Assembly (NCBI GenBank): GCA_000708835.1
Contig: DF237092.1
Span: forward strand, 85,365-149,364
DNA from: Klebsormidium nitens
Lineage: Eukaryota; Plantae; Klebsormidiophyceae
Length of the DNA: 64,000 bases
Direction of reading: 5' to 3'
Shown: positions 38,055-49,502 of the stretch, one piece after another
Numbering within the stretch: position 1 is the first letter of the stretch
Layout: each line of letters begins with the position of its first letter
The notes under the pieces: generated by a model
What the model saw: only the letters and a program-made list of their open reading frames with translations
Database searches by the model: none
What the model was told of the DNA's origin: nothing
Program-made: the position numbers and the translations under genes

Positions 38055-40137
38055 CGAGATGGCGGTCCAAGTTAGCAGTCCTGCCACGTGTTTGTTGTAA
38101 GGCCGTTTCCGGGGACGGTCGGGGTTGTTTAGGTCGTACGAAGATACGAAAGGGCAGAGACCTCAGTTGTCTATCCCTGATTATGCAAGAGTCTGCAAAA
38201 TATTCTCAGAAGTGACGGATTTTAAATGCAAGTGTAACTTGTCTTGACCACGACGAAGAAACTCCTTTCGAAATTTCGACTTGTCTGCGCGGTAGCGTCT
38301 CCATCCGACTGACTGTCCATGCATTGATCGTTTGCAACCAGAAAGGTCTTGGCTTGTTTTCGAAGCTTTCTGCTTGTTTTCTACACAATCTTTGAATCTA
38401 ACAAGGACTCGCCGGCGTTTCCATCGGTTGTTCGTCATTACGATTTTCGCATCCAATACCCGGAATACTTGAAAGCTTGTGGTCACTGTCCGTCTTCAAG
38501 TTATCCTAGCCAAATTTAACTAGCTTTGGGGAAAGCTTCCAACGTACCCATCCTTTATATGCAGATTATGAAAGGCAATGAAAAGCGTCTGCTTTTTGCT
38601 GGGCTTGCCAGTACTTCTTGGTCCGCACAAATTCTCCCAGAGACCACCGAGCCTGCCAGCCACTTTGAAACGACTCGTCGTAAGCAAGCGGCGGAAACCA
38701 GCTTTCAAAGTCGCTCACTGCGCGTGTATATAGTGCCTTTAGAAACCTTGAAAAGGGCATACGTGGCAGTACGGAGGCTTACAAGAGGGGGCCCCGTCCG
38801 CGGGTTCTCTTGCCCGGCTCAAAGCCGTGCGTGCGTTAGATGTTTTGCCGCGCTGGCGTGGTAGCTTTGCGTTTTCTCACGACTTCGAAGAGGAGATGGC
38901 GGGATGCTATTGCGCTGATGAAGTGCGCCTCAGCACATTGAAATGATGCTGAAAGCGCGGTTGTTTTACAAATGTTCTACACGTTTATTTACATGTCAAA
39001 GACATGCACTCTCTTCGTCACCTTTTCCTCTCATCCTTCGTTTCTTTGCAGGCAAAAAATCCCAACTAATAAGGCCGCTTATGGACCCGCAGCAGCCCAG
39101 GTGGAATGTGTTCGACTCTAATTCTGCACAACTTACTCAAAGGTGGTTGCAAGCCGAATCTAATGATCGCCCACCAAGGGTCCTCTCGTTTCTGTTTTGG
39201 CATTGGGCACTCTCAATCCTTACTTTACTCCGTTGCTGAGTTGTCTGCCAAGGACGTATTCAATGCGAAGTCTTTTGGATTCAACTCGGAGTCAAGCTAT
39301 TTGTATCATGCTGCGTCGTACGTGTAACCCGTTCCGAAACTTCGTATCGTCGTCAAAGTCATGTTTCACCCAATCGACCCTGTTCAGATCACATGATTAT
39401 GTCGAAAGCAGGCTCTGCTTACGGGCTTTGCACCACAAGTTTGCAGCGCCTATTAATCAAGCTGTCATGTACCGTGTCATGTTTTCAGCGTCAGCTTAAA
39501 GGACGGCTGTCCTTTCCACTGCCCTTTTTCCCTGGCTTTGCCCCTCTAAGTTTGGTGGCTTGAAATATCTCCACGAAAGAGCTCCAGTTCCTTTTCCTGA
39601 TGTCAGCGGAAGCGAATCCGGAACAGACCGCGTGAGTATCTGCGCATGCGCGTGACTACGACCATTGTGCGGGGCACGAAGTAAAGACGTGTCAGGCCAT
39701 CCTGACTCTCTTGTCATCCTACTAGGAAGTTATAGCTTAATTCCGCCTGGTCGCGAATGGGCTATGCGTTTCTCTCTGTCTTGCTTTGATCACTGCTGAC
39801 TCGCCCTAGCTTGAAAACCAAGTAAAATGGTGAGAGGAAAGCGTGAAAAGAAAAATTTTAACGGTTCAGCATCGTCGGTAATCATCTGACTTCCAAAGGT
39901 ATGCTAGCCAGCGTTCTGTCTGTGGTTCAACGTGCCAACAAAAGCCTGTGTTTTTGTTGCAGGCTCGTTAGGTTAGCGCAGAGAAAGTGCGGTGGCTTGG
40001 CGGCGGCTCTGCGTTTGTGTCACGACACCACGATTCACATTAACTGCAACCGCTCAAAGGACAGGATCATACTCTGAACCCTCTGCATCGTGCTTTATCT
40101 TCTTCAAATCACTCGGAACCAGATATGCGCCATCCGA

Positions 40138-40203
40138 GTGGCCGTGATGCAATTTACTGCGTTGGGCCGTTGAAGGCCCAGCTAAGCAGGGACCCGAAGC
40201 CAC
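40138..40203 (+). ncRNA. Candidate K-turn-like stem-loop element
   Basis: GTGGC-C-GTGATG...CCGA-A-GCCAC; internal TGGGCC/GGCCCA hairpin. Confidence 0.4.
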
Positions 40204-43200
40204 GTCATTTGTAACTTCCTGGATGCATGCAGCAAAGCCCTGCCGCCTGTTTGGTGCGAAGCACACGACCGACGTATAAATACCCTTGCAGCCTTGATAA
40301 CCTTGAAGCTTATGGCTGCGCTGTGTCCGTTGATTTCTTTTTGATCTCTCTATCAAAATGCAAAACAGCTGCCGTCCGCGTCGGCTTGTCCTGAAACAAA
40401 ACCTGAACCTGTTGCACTTCTTCGGTTTCGGTCGTCGGTATCAGCGGGCTCAGAAGTTCACCGATAGCATAGCATAGCATAGCCTTCAAGCTGCTCGATT
40501 GGTTTTGGCGAACAGTAAAAGAGGTCTCAATAAGTGGATATTACTGCGGTGTATATACCCAAAATTGCCTCCTCCGGGCCGCAGTGCACCCGGCGAAACG
40601 GTTTTCGTTTGTATGGGCGGCGAAGAGTGCATTTCCTCTTCCGCAGTCATTCGATTAAGATGGGCCAGACAAGCTTCTCATCTTGGTACATGAGCGCTCG
40701 AAGGATATTACTGTATCGTCCACCGTCTAACAGAAACACTACTGCTTTCGATCTTATTTGCCTTCTTTGTTTTGAGCAAAATGGCAATGATGAGCACCAA
40801 AACTGACCGCCAGTGCTGGCAGGTCAAAGGTAGGGGTGTGTATCCAACAGCCAGCGGACTATAGAAAGACTTAAAAGACCGGAAGGAATTGAAAGGCTTG
40901 AAAGCCTTGCTGTAATTTCGAATACGTACGTAATCATGTTGAGGGCTTTCGATTGCGGTTGTGAGGGAACACAACATGAGAGCTTCTCACATTCGTTGTT
41001 GTTGCATTGCCTCTAAACTGTCGCTAGCTTCAGAGAGCGCACAATTCTATGTGGGTGATATATCTTGCCTTCCTGGCTCTTTAGAAGACAGCCGGCCGCT
41101 GAGTAGACGCGATCTGCGTGCGCTTCTGACGCTTTTGCGTCTTCCCCGCCTTTTCAATTGAGACACCTTTCACGAGGACGTTTCGCACACTTCGTCAGAT
41201 GTATCACAACGTCAAAACGCCCTGTCACAGATTGGAGCCGCTGAATCTATCGTCTCATCTTCTGGGCGATCAAACGGCGCCGCTTCAATAAGCCTGGCAG
41301 TTATGTGTGCGACGCAAACCTTTGAGCTGCTCGTGGGCGCTTCAGTATCCTCTTATTTGGGCGCTCCCTCCTCTCAGCAAAAGTGGCGAAGCCCCTGTGC
41401 CCAAGTCCAGTTCTTGCGGATAACTTCTACGAACCAGCTCTGAACGATAGGCCTGGATTAGCTGGCGCGAGCTTTACGAGCAGCCGTGGAGTAACCTCGC
41501 CCAGGTTCATCTCGAGATCTTTGTCGGTTCTAGAGCCGGGCAGCCGGGACATGTTTCCGCTGCCAGGTCTTTCCGGGTCTCCATCGCCAATAGAGACGAT
41601 TATGTGGATTTGTACTTTGGATAACTTACCCGTCGGGCGTGGAAAAGCTGTGAGAATTGTCTAGACGACGCTCCGTCTCATCAGCGTTTCCGGGTTTCGG
41701 ACGCTGCTTCCCCCGATGTGCCCCAAGGACTTTGGCGTGTCAGCAGATTTTCCCTTCCTGGTAAACTGTCTCATTTTGAAGTAAGCGACGTCTCAGCGTC
41801 GAAACGAGCTTGCTCCTCATCAAATTACGATCTTGCGACAATTGGTGTAGGCCTTTCTTCGACCACTGTCTGGGACTGAAACGGAAAAACCCTGAATACA
41901 CGAATGTATCGTTGAAAGAGGAGCTGCGGCTTGCGTCATCTTTGTCTCTTCGCGCACATCTTGTGATTGCATAACCATCTGAGCTACTCGCGTTCCCACC
42001 ACGTTTTCATGCGCCTGCCAACACCATCTGAAATCCATCAAAGTCTGTTCTTCTATAGCGCAACTTCTCTACGTAGATCTCTCCTTGAAGGTGAAGTTGT
42101 ACGATGACTTTTGGCCGTGAAGCTGCAAAGCAATAAAGTCATGCGGGTCCCTTACACTTTGACCCGGACCATGCTTGTTGCAATCACTAGAAGCCATGTA
42201 GATATCGTTTTTTGAGATTTTTGGTTCTGGGCTCACCCAAAGATGCATTACTGTGTCTAAACACACTTCCCACAATTTATCTGACAAATCCGCCCATTCT
42301 TCACGTATGCAATCTCTATATACTGCCCAAGTAGCTGTAAGGTGCCGGTAGACTGATCTCCTTGATCACCCAGACGCCGGCCCCGGATTGCCATCCGTGG
42401 ACCTCGGTAATAATATTGGTCCACATCGGTGGCCCCTACTTGAGAGTCAACGATTATTTATCGTCGCTGAGCCATCTTCATGCATTTCGGAGCGTCGAAA
42501 CGACGGTCTGCTCTGTGAAAGTTTGCGCACCGCCGATAACATGCAGAACAAAGCGTCAAAAAGATTGGTATGCATTTACTTTGAGGAGCCACGGCGGGAA
42601 AGCAGCTAGCTGGCCGTGATGGAGATCGAACGTCGGGGCACGCACCTGAGCGCCATTTGCCTTCTTGACCGCTCCTGAAGCTGGTTTGAGCCTTTCTTTT
42701 TTGCCGTTTACTGAATCTCGTCATTCTCTTGATCCAAACGGATCCGAGTCCTTGCAGCCCGCAAGGACTCGGAATTCCTCTCCAATCAGTCGAGCAGCCT
42801 TGTGACGGAAGTGACTTTCGGGTCCGAACGTTTTGGTGAGCGTCGACAAAACGTTGCGGCTGACGAAACCCATCTAATTGGGCTACACGGTGCGGCCGCC
42901 TGATTCTGCTTATTCAAGGCAAATCCGATCTACATGCTTCTATGATATTTGTGAACGAGTAGCTCAGCGTTCTCAGGTACCACAATCTCAATCGTCCCTG
43001 ACGACTATTCACGCCTAATAAGTATTAATCTACGGGTCGCTAAGGAACATTCTGAAGATACTTTCCTACAGACAAGCCATGGGCTCAGGTTGAAGGTTCT
43101 GAAGTGCGGCTGGGACGAGCCACAGCGGGGTCTTGCCTTCTTCCGCTTCAATGCCCTTTTGGGCAGTGTTTGTTTGCAAATGGATCGAACGCCCGCTTGA

Positions 43201-44983
43201 TTTTGCACTAGAAGCACGCAATCGTACCCCTGATCATGGGCTCCTGTGAGCTGCGAGCTCATGCTAAGCAAGTGATGCAGAGACCTCGTCCGTTTCGTTA
43301 GATGTCAATGCTTAATGCAACTAGGTCTTGGGAGCGGCTCGTTATTCATGAAGGTCCGGTTTGTATGTATCAATCGCACTGCGCAGACACCCCCGGGGAT
43401 GGCCGGAACTGTGTTTGCCTGGGGGCAAACAGCCAAAGTCAAAGACAGTACAAAGTGTCTGTGCCATTTCGGAGTCTCCACGCGCCTTGATTCATTTCAG
43501 CGCAAACTTTGATCACGCAAGTGCCCATTGAAAGTTTCTACTTCTACCCTAAAACGTCCGCGCCTTCGACCAGTGCGGTACTTTCGCGGCCGGGTTTGTC
43601 AGTTGCCGCTTTTAACATAGGCCAAGGTTTGTTCGTACTTTGTTCTGCTTTTATGCTGAAGCAGAGACGCTGTTATACTGGCATCAAGTTGAAGTCTCGC
43701 TCCAAGGTGGAGCAAGGAAGTGCCTATAAATCATCCTTGAAGCCAGCCCAAAATGCACGACGTCGAAGTGAATCGTCCCAGCGTATTGACAGGAACAATA
43801 CTGTCTAAGCCGATTCGGTTGAGCTCACTGATCCTTGTTCAAGGACTGAAATATAGAGATTGCAAAAAAGCACAAAGAGGATTCTCTGACTGCGCCAGAT
43901 GATATTCAGCGCTCTGTGCTCTGAGCTCGTGCAGTAAAAACCCTGATGATTAGTGCCGATTCGCCCACGCTCCTGAAAAAGGTACTTTGAAGAATACGTA
44001 CATCAAGAAATCTCTCACTGATAGTCTGCTTCTTCGTTGTTCAGAACGACGGCCGCCCTCGCAGAACGTTACTGAGCAAGCCGAGTGCCCTTCAATCGAA
44101 TACGTGACGGCCCGATCGTTCTGGCTACACCTGCATTTCTCAGGCAAACGGAAGCGTTCTCACTGAGACAGATCAAAGCCCGTCAACTTCTTTTACCGAC
44201 TGCTGGACAGCTGTGGGCTCTCAAACAAAACTCATTGAGTCGGACAACTTTTCTGTAGGGGTTCGCGGCCGCGCAACAAGCAGCCGTCGCTGCGCGAGCG
44301 CGCGAGAGTATTCACCTGGTTCTAAAGTTCGTCCTGACAATTACAAACACATCGCCTTGTATTTTGACGCCTCTTTGGATTTGCCAACTATCATCAGCAG
44401 GAGGCGGGATCCGCATATAAATGATCGTCTTACGTCCACAGCTTGAAAGGCTGAACCACATTACCAGATTGCTAAGTCCTGACCAACTCTGCGTGCTACT
44501 TTGTTCTCGTCATTGGGAGCAACATCTGCGTTTGTCTGCAAGCTGTCAGAGCTACGTCTCTCGAGGGGCGGAGTACTGGGGACATTGCATGTTCAAAACA
44601 GAATCTTCCCATACTGGTTCGATTTCGGGCAAACGTTCGTGATTCGACAATCTTGCAAAAACAAAATAACCACGGAGCGCTAGCGAAAGCCCGCGTTCTG
44701 TAACAGATTTTCAGTAGATCTAAGCGGCTCCACATAAGTTTTGAACAAGCAGATATGCGTGCCAGTATCCCGTGAACAGGAATTTGAAGCACCGGTTTGG
44801 CAACAGTCTGAAATTCATCCTTGCTGAGACGCCCAGTCGGGCGCCCAGCTAATTTGTTGCCCGTTTGTTGCACGAACTGCTCTCGGGCGTCGCTGAGATG
44901 ATGCGAGTCAGCAGTAAAACTTGCCTAGAGATCCGTGGCTCATGCTCCGTGTAAAGCACTGTATCATCCTGGCCGTTTCGCAA

Positions 44984-45067
44984 ACTGCCGTGAAGCTTTG
45001 TTCCCACTTTGTCCTTGAGATGTGCTCAACGGAGTCGCGCTCACGGAAAGTCGACCTCTGAGGCAGT
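44984..45067 (+). ncRNA. Candidate K-turn/C-D-like stem-loop element
   Basis: ACTGC-C-GTGAAG...CTGA-G-GCAGT (stem sequence differs from other copies but still pairs); internal TTGAG/CTCAA hairpin. Confidence 0.38.
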
Positions 45068-46024
45068 GGGCCGTTGCTGATCGACAGATCCATATCGCGA
45101 ACGATCGTACCCTTGAGACGGGTGCATATCTTGCAAATGGAAAATTGCAAAGCCGTAGATTAGGTAAACAGGTTCCGTTCGGTTGGCTTGGAAGGGAAAG
45201 CCTCACTAGGCGTTCGGAGATTCAGACAAGTGCATGTGCACCTACCGCGGGACGCTTTCGCAGTACCGTCCATGTTCCATTTCGGGCGCCTCGAAAAGAC
45301 GGTGGTTCAAGTCGAGCACGGCTATGATGCATGTCATGATGGGACGCAATCTGCTGCACTGGCCGAGTGGTAGTACAGTGCATCTTGCGGTCCTCGCTAA
45401 AGCTCCGCTAGTGATATACGAAGAGGCATTTTCATGAGATTTGGGGGGCCGACTGCAGCTCCGGGGCTTCGAAAGTCTCCACGAGGTGGCTGTCACAATC
45501 GGAAAACAGCTGTGTCCTGCTTTTACGCTCAAGATCGCGCTTGTTCGGCTTGACCCACCGCTTGAGTGAAGCCAATCGTTTGCTTTCGGCGTACAATGCG
45601 ATGCCCAGACATTTATGGGTGTGCCACCTGCTCTTTGATTCAAACTCGGCATATCATATTGAAACCATTTCGAAGAAAGTTAAATCGACTAACCTGACTG
45701 ATCAATAAATCGCGCACCATGATGTATTACAAATCCTAGCCTGCAACCTGGCACACCCCAAAAGGCGCATTGCAGTTGGTGCGCATACGGTCATGCATGC
45801 GTTCTAGCCCGGCGGGTGGCGTATACGGTTTCATGCAACAGCTAGGCGAATTACGTGTTCCAGCAAATGATACATGAGTTTCTTGATCGATCCAAGTCAA
45901 TGCTTCTCTAAAACTCGACCGACGCAGCTTAAAAGCAACTTCATTGCGGCCCCTAGCTAATTACATGCACGGCAGATGTTGCTCAGTCTATTGGCGTAAC
46001 CTTTGTCACTTGTTACTTAGTAGC

Positions 46025-47731
46025 CTAGCTATAGCAACCAGCCAGCCACACTTTGTGCCGTTCCTCAAGTCCAATTACATTCAGGTTCGTAACCCTAAGC
46101 TCAGCGTCAAACACATTGAATGTGCTGAACGCTTGATCGGGACTTACATGTATCTTCCAGCAGCACCCACAAGCACTCTGTAAAAAGCCTGTCCTTGACC
46201 AAAACCCAATCAAATACGGCCAGTATGATGGCAACTGCAACTACCAGAACTGCTGGGACAAGAGTGTAAACCAATTGTACGGTGTATGTGTTGGCGGTCT
46301 TCAAATGGGAGACGAGGCCTTCCTTGTTGTTGATAATGGCTGCCACGTTGTTTGCTATATTTGCGCAATATGCGGAGGAGTCGAAGATAAGCTCTAGGTT
46401 GGTCACTGGCGTATACACACCTAGGTCGGGCACTCTAGTCTCGAAACCTGGGGCCAGATATGCTGAGTTGCAAGAGGACAGTATTCCAAACCCCTTCCAA
46501 ACGTAACAACCTCTGAGATGTTGGGCGACTTACGTGCTTCAATCTGGACACTCTCTCGAAGCTGGTATATAGACCCCACTTGTGCAGTACAGTCCAGGTA
46601 ATCTTTTGTCGCAGGCCCGGTGGGCAGCAGACTGCCTAACAGGCCGCTTAAACCAAAGGTACTGCTTGGATCAAAGGTGCTGCTTGAACCAAAGATGCTG
46701 CTTAACCCAGAGGTGCTGCTTTGTCCAAACCCGCAGGTTACCATTGCAAACACGCCTGGTGCGTTGTTCACATAGAACCAGTAGCTTTTACCAAGAACCC
46801 CTTTCTGAAAAACATACTGATAGGCAGCCGTGAGGTCATCGGCCCGCGCTATCCCAGTCACATTCTGCGGATAAACCTTGAACTTCTGGTACGACATCCC
46901 AGACAATAGCGACTTGGGCCCTATCCCAGCTTGTGTAATCTAGTAGTTAAACAAGGCTTGTGCTATCGAAATATTTGCTCCGCCCGGCTGCCTGAACTGG
47001 AAAGGGGGCGGGACCTTTGGTGCGGCCGCCGGGTTGGCAACATTTTGGAGCCAATAAGTAAGAGGATCGAGATTGTAGGGCAGTGCCTCTAAGATGTCGA
47101 TATTCCCCAGAACCGTGAGCTTGCCCTTGCGCAGAATCTGCTCTAGGGTTTGACCCGTCTCAAGGTGGACTATATGGCTTCTGTTCAAGGTGATTGGTGT
47201 GACACCTGCACTGGCCTGCCTAAGGGGCACTGAAGGGGAATCTGCCAGCAAGCTTGCTGGCCCAATAGCGAGCCCCGAGAACAAAACATTCAGCAGATCA
47301 CACCCTGTCAGTCCCGAACAGGCGTCATCTAGAGGCTGCCACGTGAGAAGGCTCGCTTGTGGAGTCTCACTGATGCTCCATCAACCTCCAGATTGCCCAC
47401 AAACTCCGTTTCACGACTGACACTAGAAGATACGCGCACAGTCTGCCACATGAGGGGAGGGAGCGCCGTGACTCCCAAGGAAAGTACAATCAGAATCACG
47501 ATAGGGTTGGCTAGATGTTTCTTTCGCCACAGGTACCGGCTTAGAGGGTAGACTCCAACCTCCCGAGCAAGGAAAGATTCAGTCCTGCACTGCCCCAGAT
47601 TGGCTGCTGAATGGAAGATGCGCAGCAGAGCTAGCGAGATGCTCATACTGAGGACATAGAAAACGAAGGAGACCACCGACGGGCTTGCGATGGTCACGTC
47701 CATGCCTGCGCCGTGTGCTAAGATGATATCC
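46025..47731 (-). pseudogene. Disrupted multi-transmembrane protein gene of unknown family; possible further upstream exon near 48100-48210
   Basis: Consecutive protein-like minus-strand ORFs (47329-47784, 46940-47284, 46421-46906, 46107-46433, 46025-46240) joined by a frameshift near 47350, an in-frame TAG at 46940-46942, a frameshift (or 71-nt GTAAGT..CAG intron 46533-46463) and a frameshift near 46150. Hydrophobic helices: VVSFVFYVLSMSISLALL, IVILIVLSLGVTALPPL, LVPAVLVVAVAIILAVF. A pyrimidine-rich acceptor precedes 47731. Confidence 0.55.
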
Positions 47732-48808
47732 CTGAAGGAAGAAAGAAAGAAGTCCCCAAGATGTAGATAGGAACGAAGAAACAAAGAGACTGGTCACAAC
47801 GCACCTATTAGATTAATGATGGCCTGTCCAGGCTACGGCACCCTCCCCCATGTACCGCTCTGCGCCACCTATAATGGACAGCCAACCCTCATGGGTGCTT
47901 GCACACAGTGCCAGCCTGAGTGCACACTGCAGACTGAAAGCAGCGACTGTGGCAGCTTCTCCCCTGCATCACTGCATGTGACGTAGCCAGCTTAGGGAAC
48001 TGATACCTATGTTGATACGGTATGCAAGTAGGTACCGTAGGACCTGGTAGGTAGCTGGTAGGTACGTACGAAGTTGCGACAATTGCATGGCTTCAATGTC
48101 TGCAATATTCTGTTTGTGGTACCAAAGAAGGCTCTGTCGACATATCAGGCCAAGAGGCACTCCCTTTCCAGTCCAAGGATGCTTGATCGGTCGGCCATTG
48201 TGATGATGATGCAAAATGGATCATGCAGACTGTGCTGAGGAAATTGGCTCCCCGGAACCCGGGTGGCCGGTAAATGTTCAATCCCGAGCCTGTGAAATCT
48301 AGCCTCTAGCTAGGATAGGGGCCTATTCGGGTTTTTATTTAGGTAATAGCGACCGGTAAATTGCTCCCGATTGACAATCACAATGACCACATGGTTCCTC
48401 TAAGAAAGCGCCGCATTGCGCAAGCTCTCATCTGCACAAAGGGAGGGGATTGAGGGAATGCTACCTACATCAATCATTTGAATGACACAGTCTGAACGTC
48501 CCCGGGGCCCTTCTTACCGTAGCTGGACACCTGGCGAGCCTGAGCCAACTGGTGGCACGGTCCACCCCCTTCGGGCCCCGGGGTGGGTCGATCGGTCGGA
48601 GAACACAATAATGTTATAAACCGGCCGGAACTGCTACGTCATCAGCTTTAGCCCCAGCGCGGCCCAGCCGACCGGTCGGCGGTCATGGCATGTGGGCACT
48701 GGGTACCCCGAAAAGTACGTCGCCCGTTTTCCGGGGCCGGCCGCAAGGCACGCCCGGTCATTCTGGGCCAAGCCTCGGGAGTCGGAGCCATAAACCACGT
48801 ACTACCGG

Positions 48809-48845
48809 TAGGAGAGGACCGCCCGAAGGGCGGTCCCCCTCCTAG
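48809..48845. other. Strong GC hairpin with GAA triloop followed by CTAG
   Basis: TAGGAG-A-GGACCGCCC-GAA-GGGCGGTCC-CC-CTCCTA-G: perfect 9-bp inner stem plus a 6-bp outer stem. Confidence 0.8.
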
Positions 48846-49502
48846 CCCACAACTACCTACCTCGCTCGATCGATCGTAGGTTCATGGCTCACGCTATGGC
48901 CTTTAAAAAGAAGTATGGTTGTATGTATGGACTTATGTATGTATGTACACATGTATCATGACGGGGTGGATACCGTACCTACATGCAATCGTCCGTCTCT
49001 CATATATTCATGCGAGTGTCGCGTCCAATGTACGTATGACTGCATGAATTCCATTGTTGCCAATCATCCAATTGCAACCTATGGCATGATGTGTTCTTCG
49101 GGTTGCTGCAGACTGGAATCGGGTTCAACTAGGATAAATTAGGATAATGCCGGCGTTCGGCAAATTGCAGGCAGTCAGTCAGAATGAGGTTGAACAAGAT
49201 CCAATACCGGTGAGACCACACCGGGCGCCTGCGATGGTTAAAAGGACCAGATTAGCTGGTGCGATCGTTGGATCGGTTCTTTAGAAAAATCGAGTCGAAG
49301 CGGCCGATCAATAAATGAGTATCTCATATGCGGCCAGGCCACGTATCAGAAGCAATTTGCCGGCGCTACCAAAGCTATCACATTTGTAGAGAAAGGTTCT
49401 CGTCAGGCAGTCAGAGCTAAGTACCCTGGGGTAACGAGCCAACAGCTTTGCTTGACACCGCACTCTACGCTTCTGCTTGACGTTTCAGCTCGAGTCTATG
49501 TT

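Noticed and set aside
1-45600. Fossil LRR/F-box-like coding sequence on the minus strand (recurrent I-T-A, DLSGC, LNLS peptides in short ORFs)
   Set aside because: No long ORFs, repeat periods are not multiples of 3, and the recurring peptide is simply the translation of the GGCNGTGATG motif. Base pairing with a downstream segment explains the conservation better. T-skew on the plus strand makes minus-strand ORFs look protein-like.
497-45600. Hammerhead ribozymes / retrozymes or functional SECIS elements
   Set aside because: No CUGANGA...GAAA hammerhead core. No conserved apical adenines, and the location is not the 3' UTR of a UGA-recoding gene, as SECIS function requires.
46150-46533. Ultra-short 21-23-nt GTAAGT..CAG introns in the membrane-protein pseudogene
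   Set aside because: Removing them does not restore the reading frame. Only a 71-nt intron at 46533-46463 would, and the other lesions still need frameshifts.
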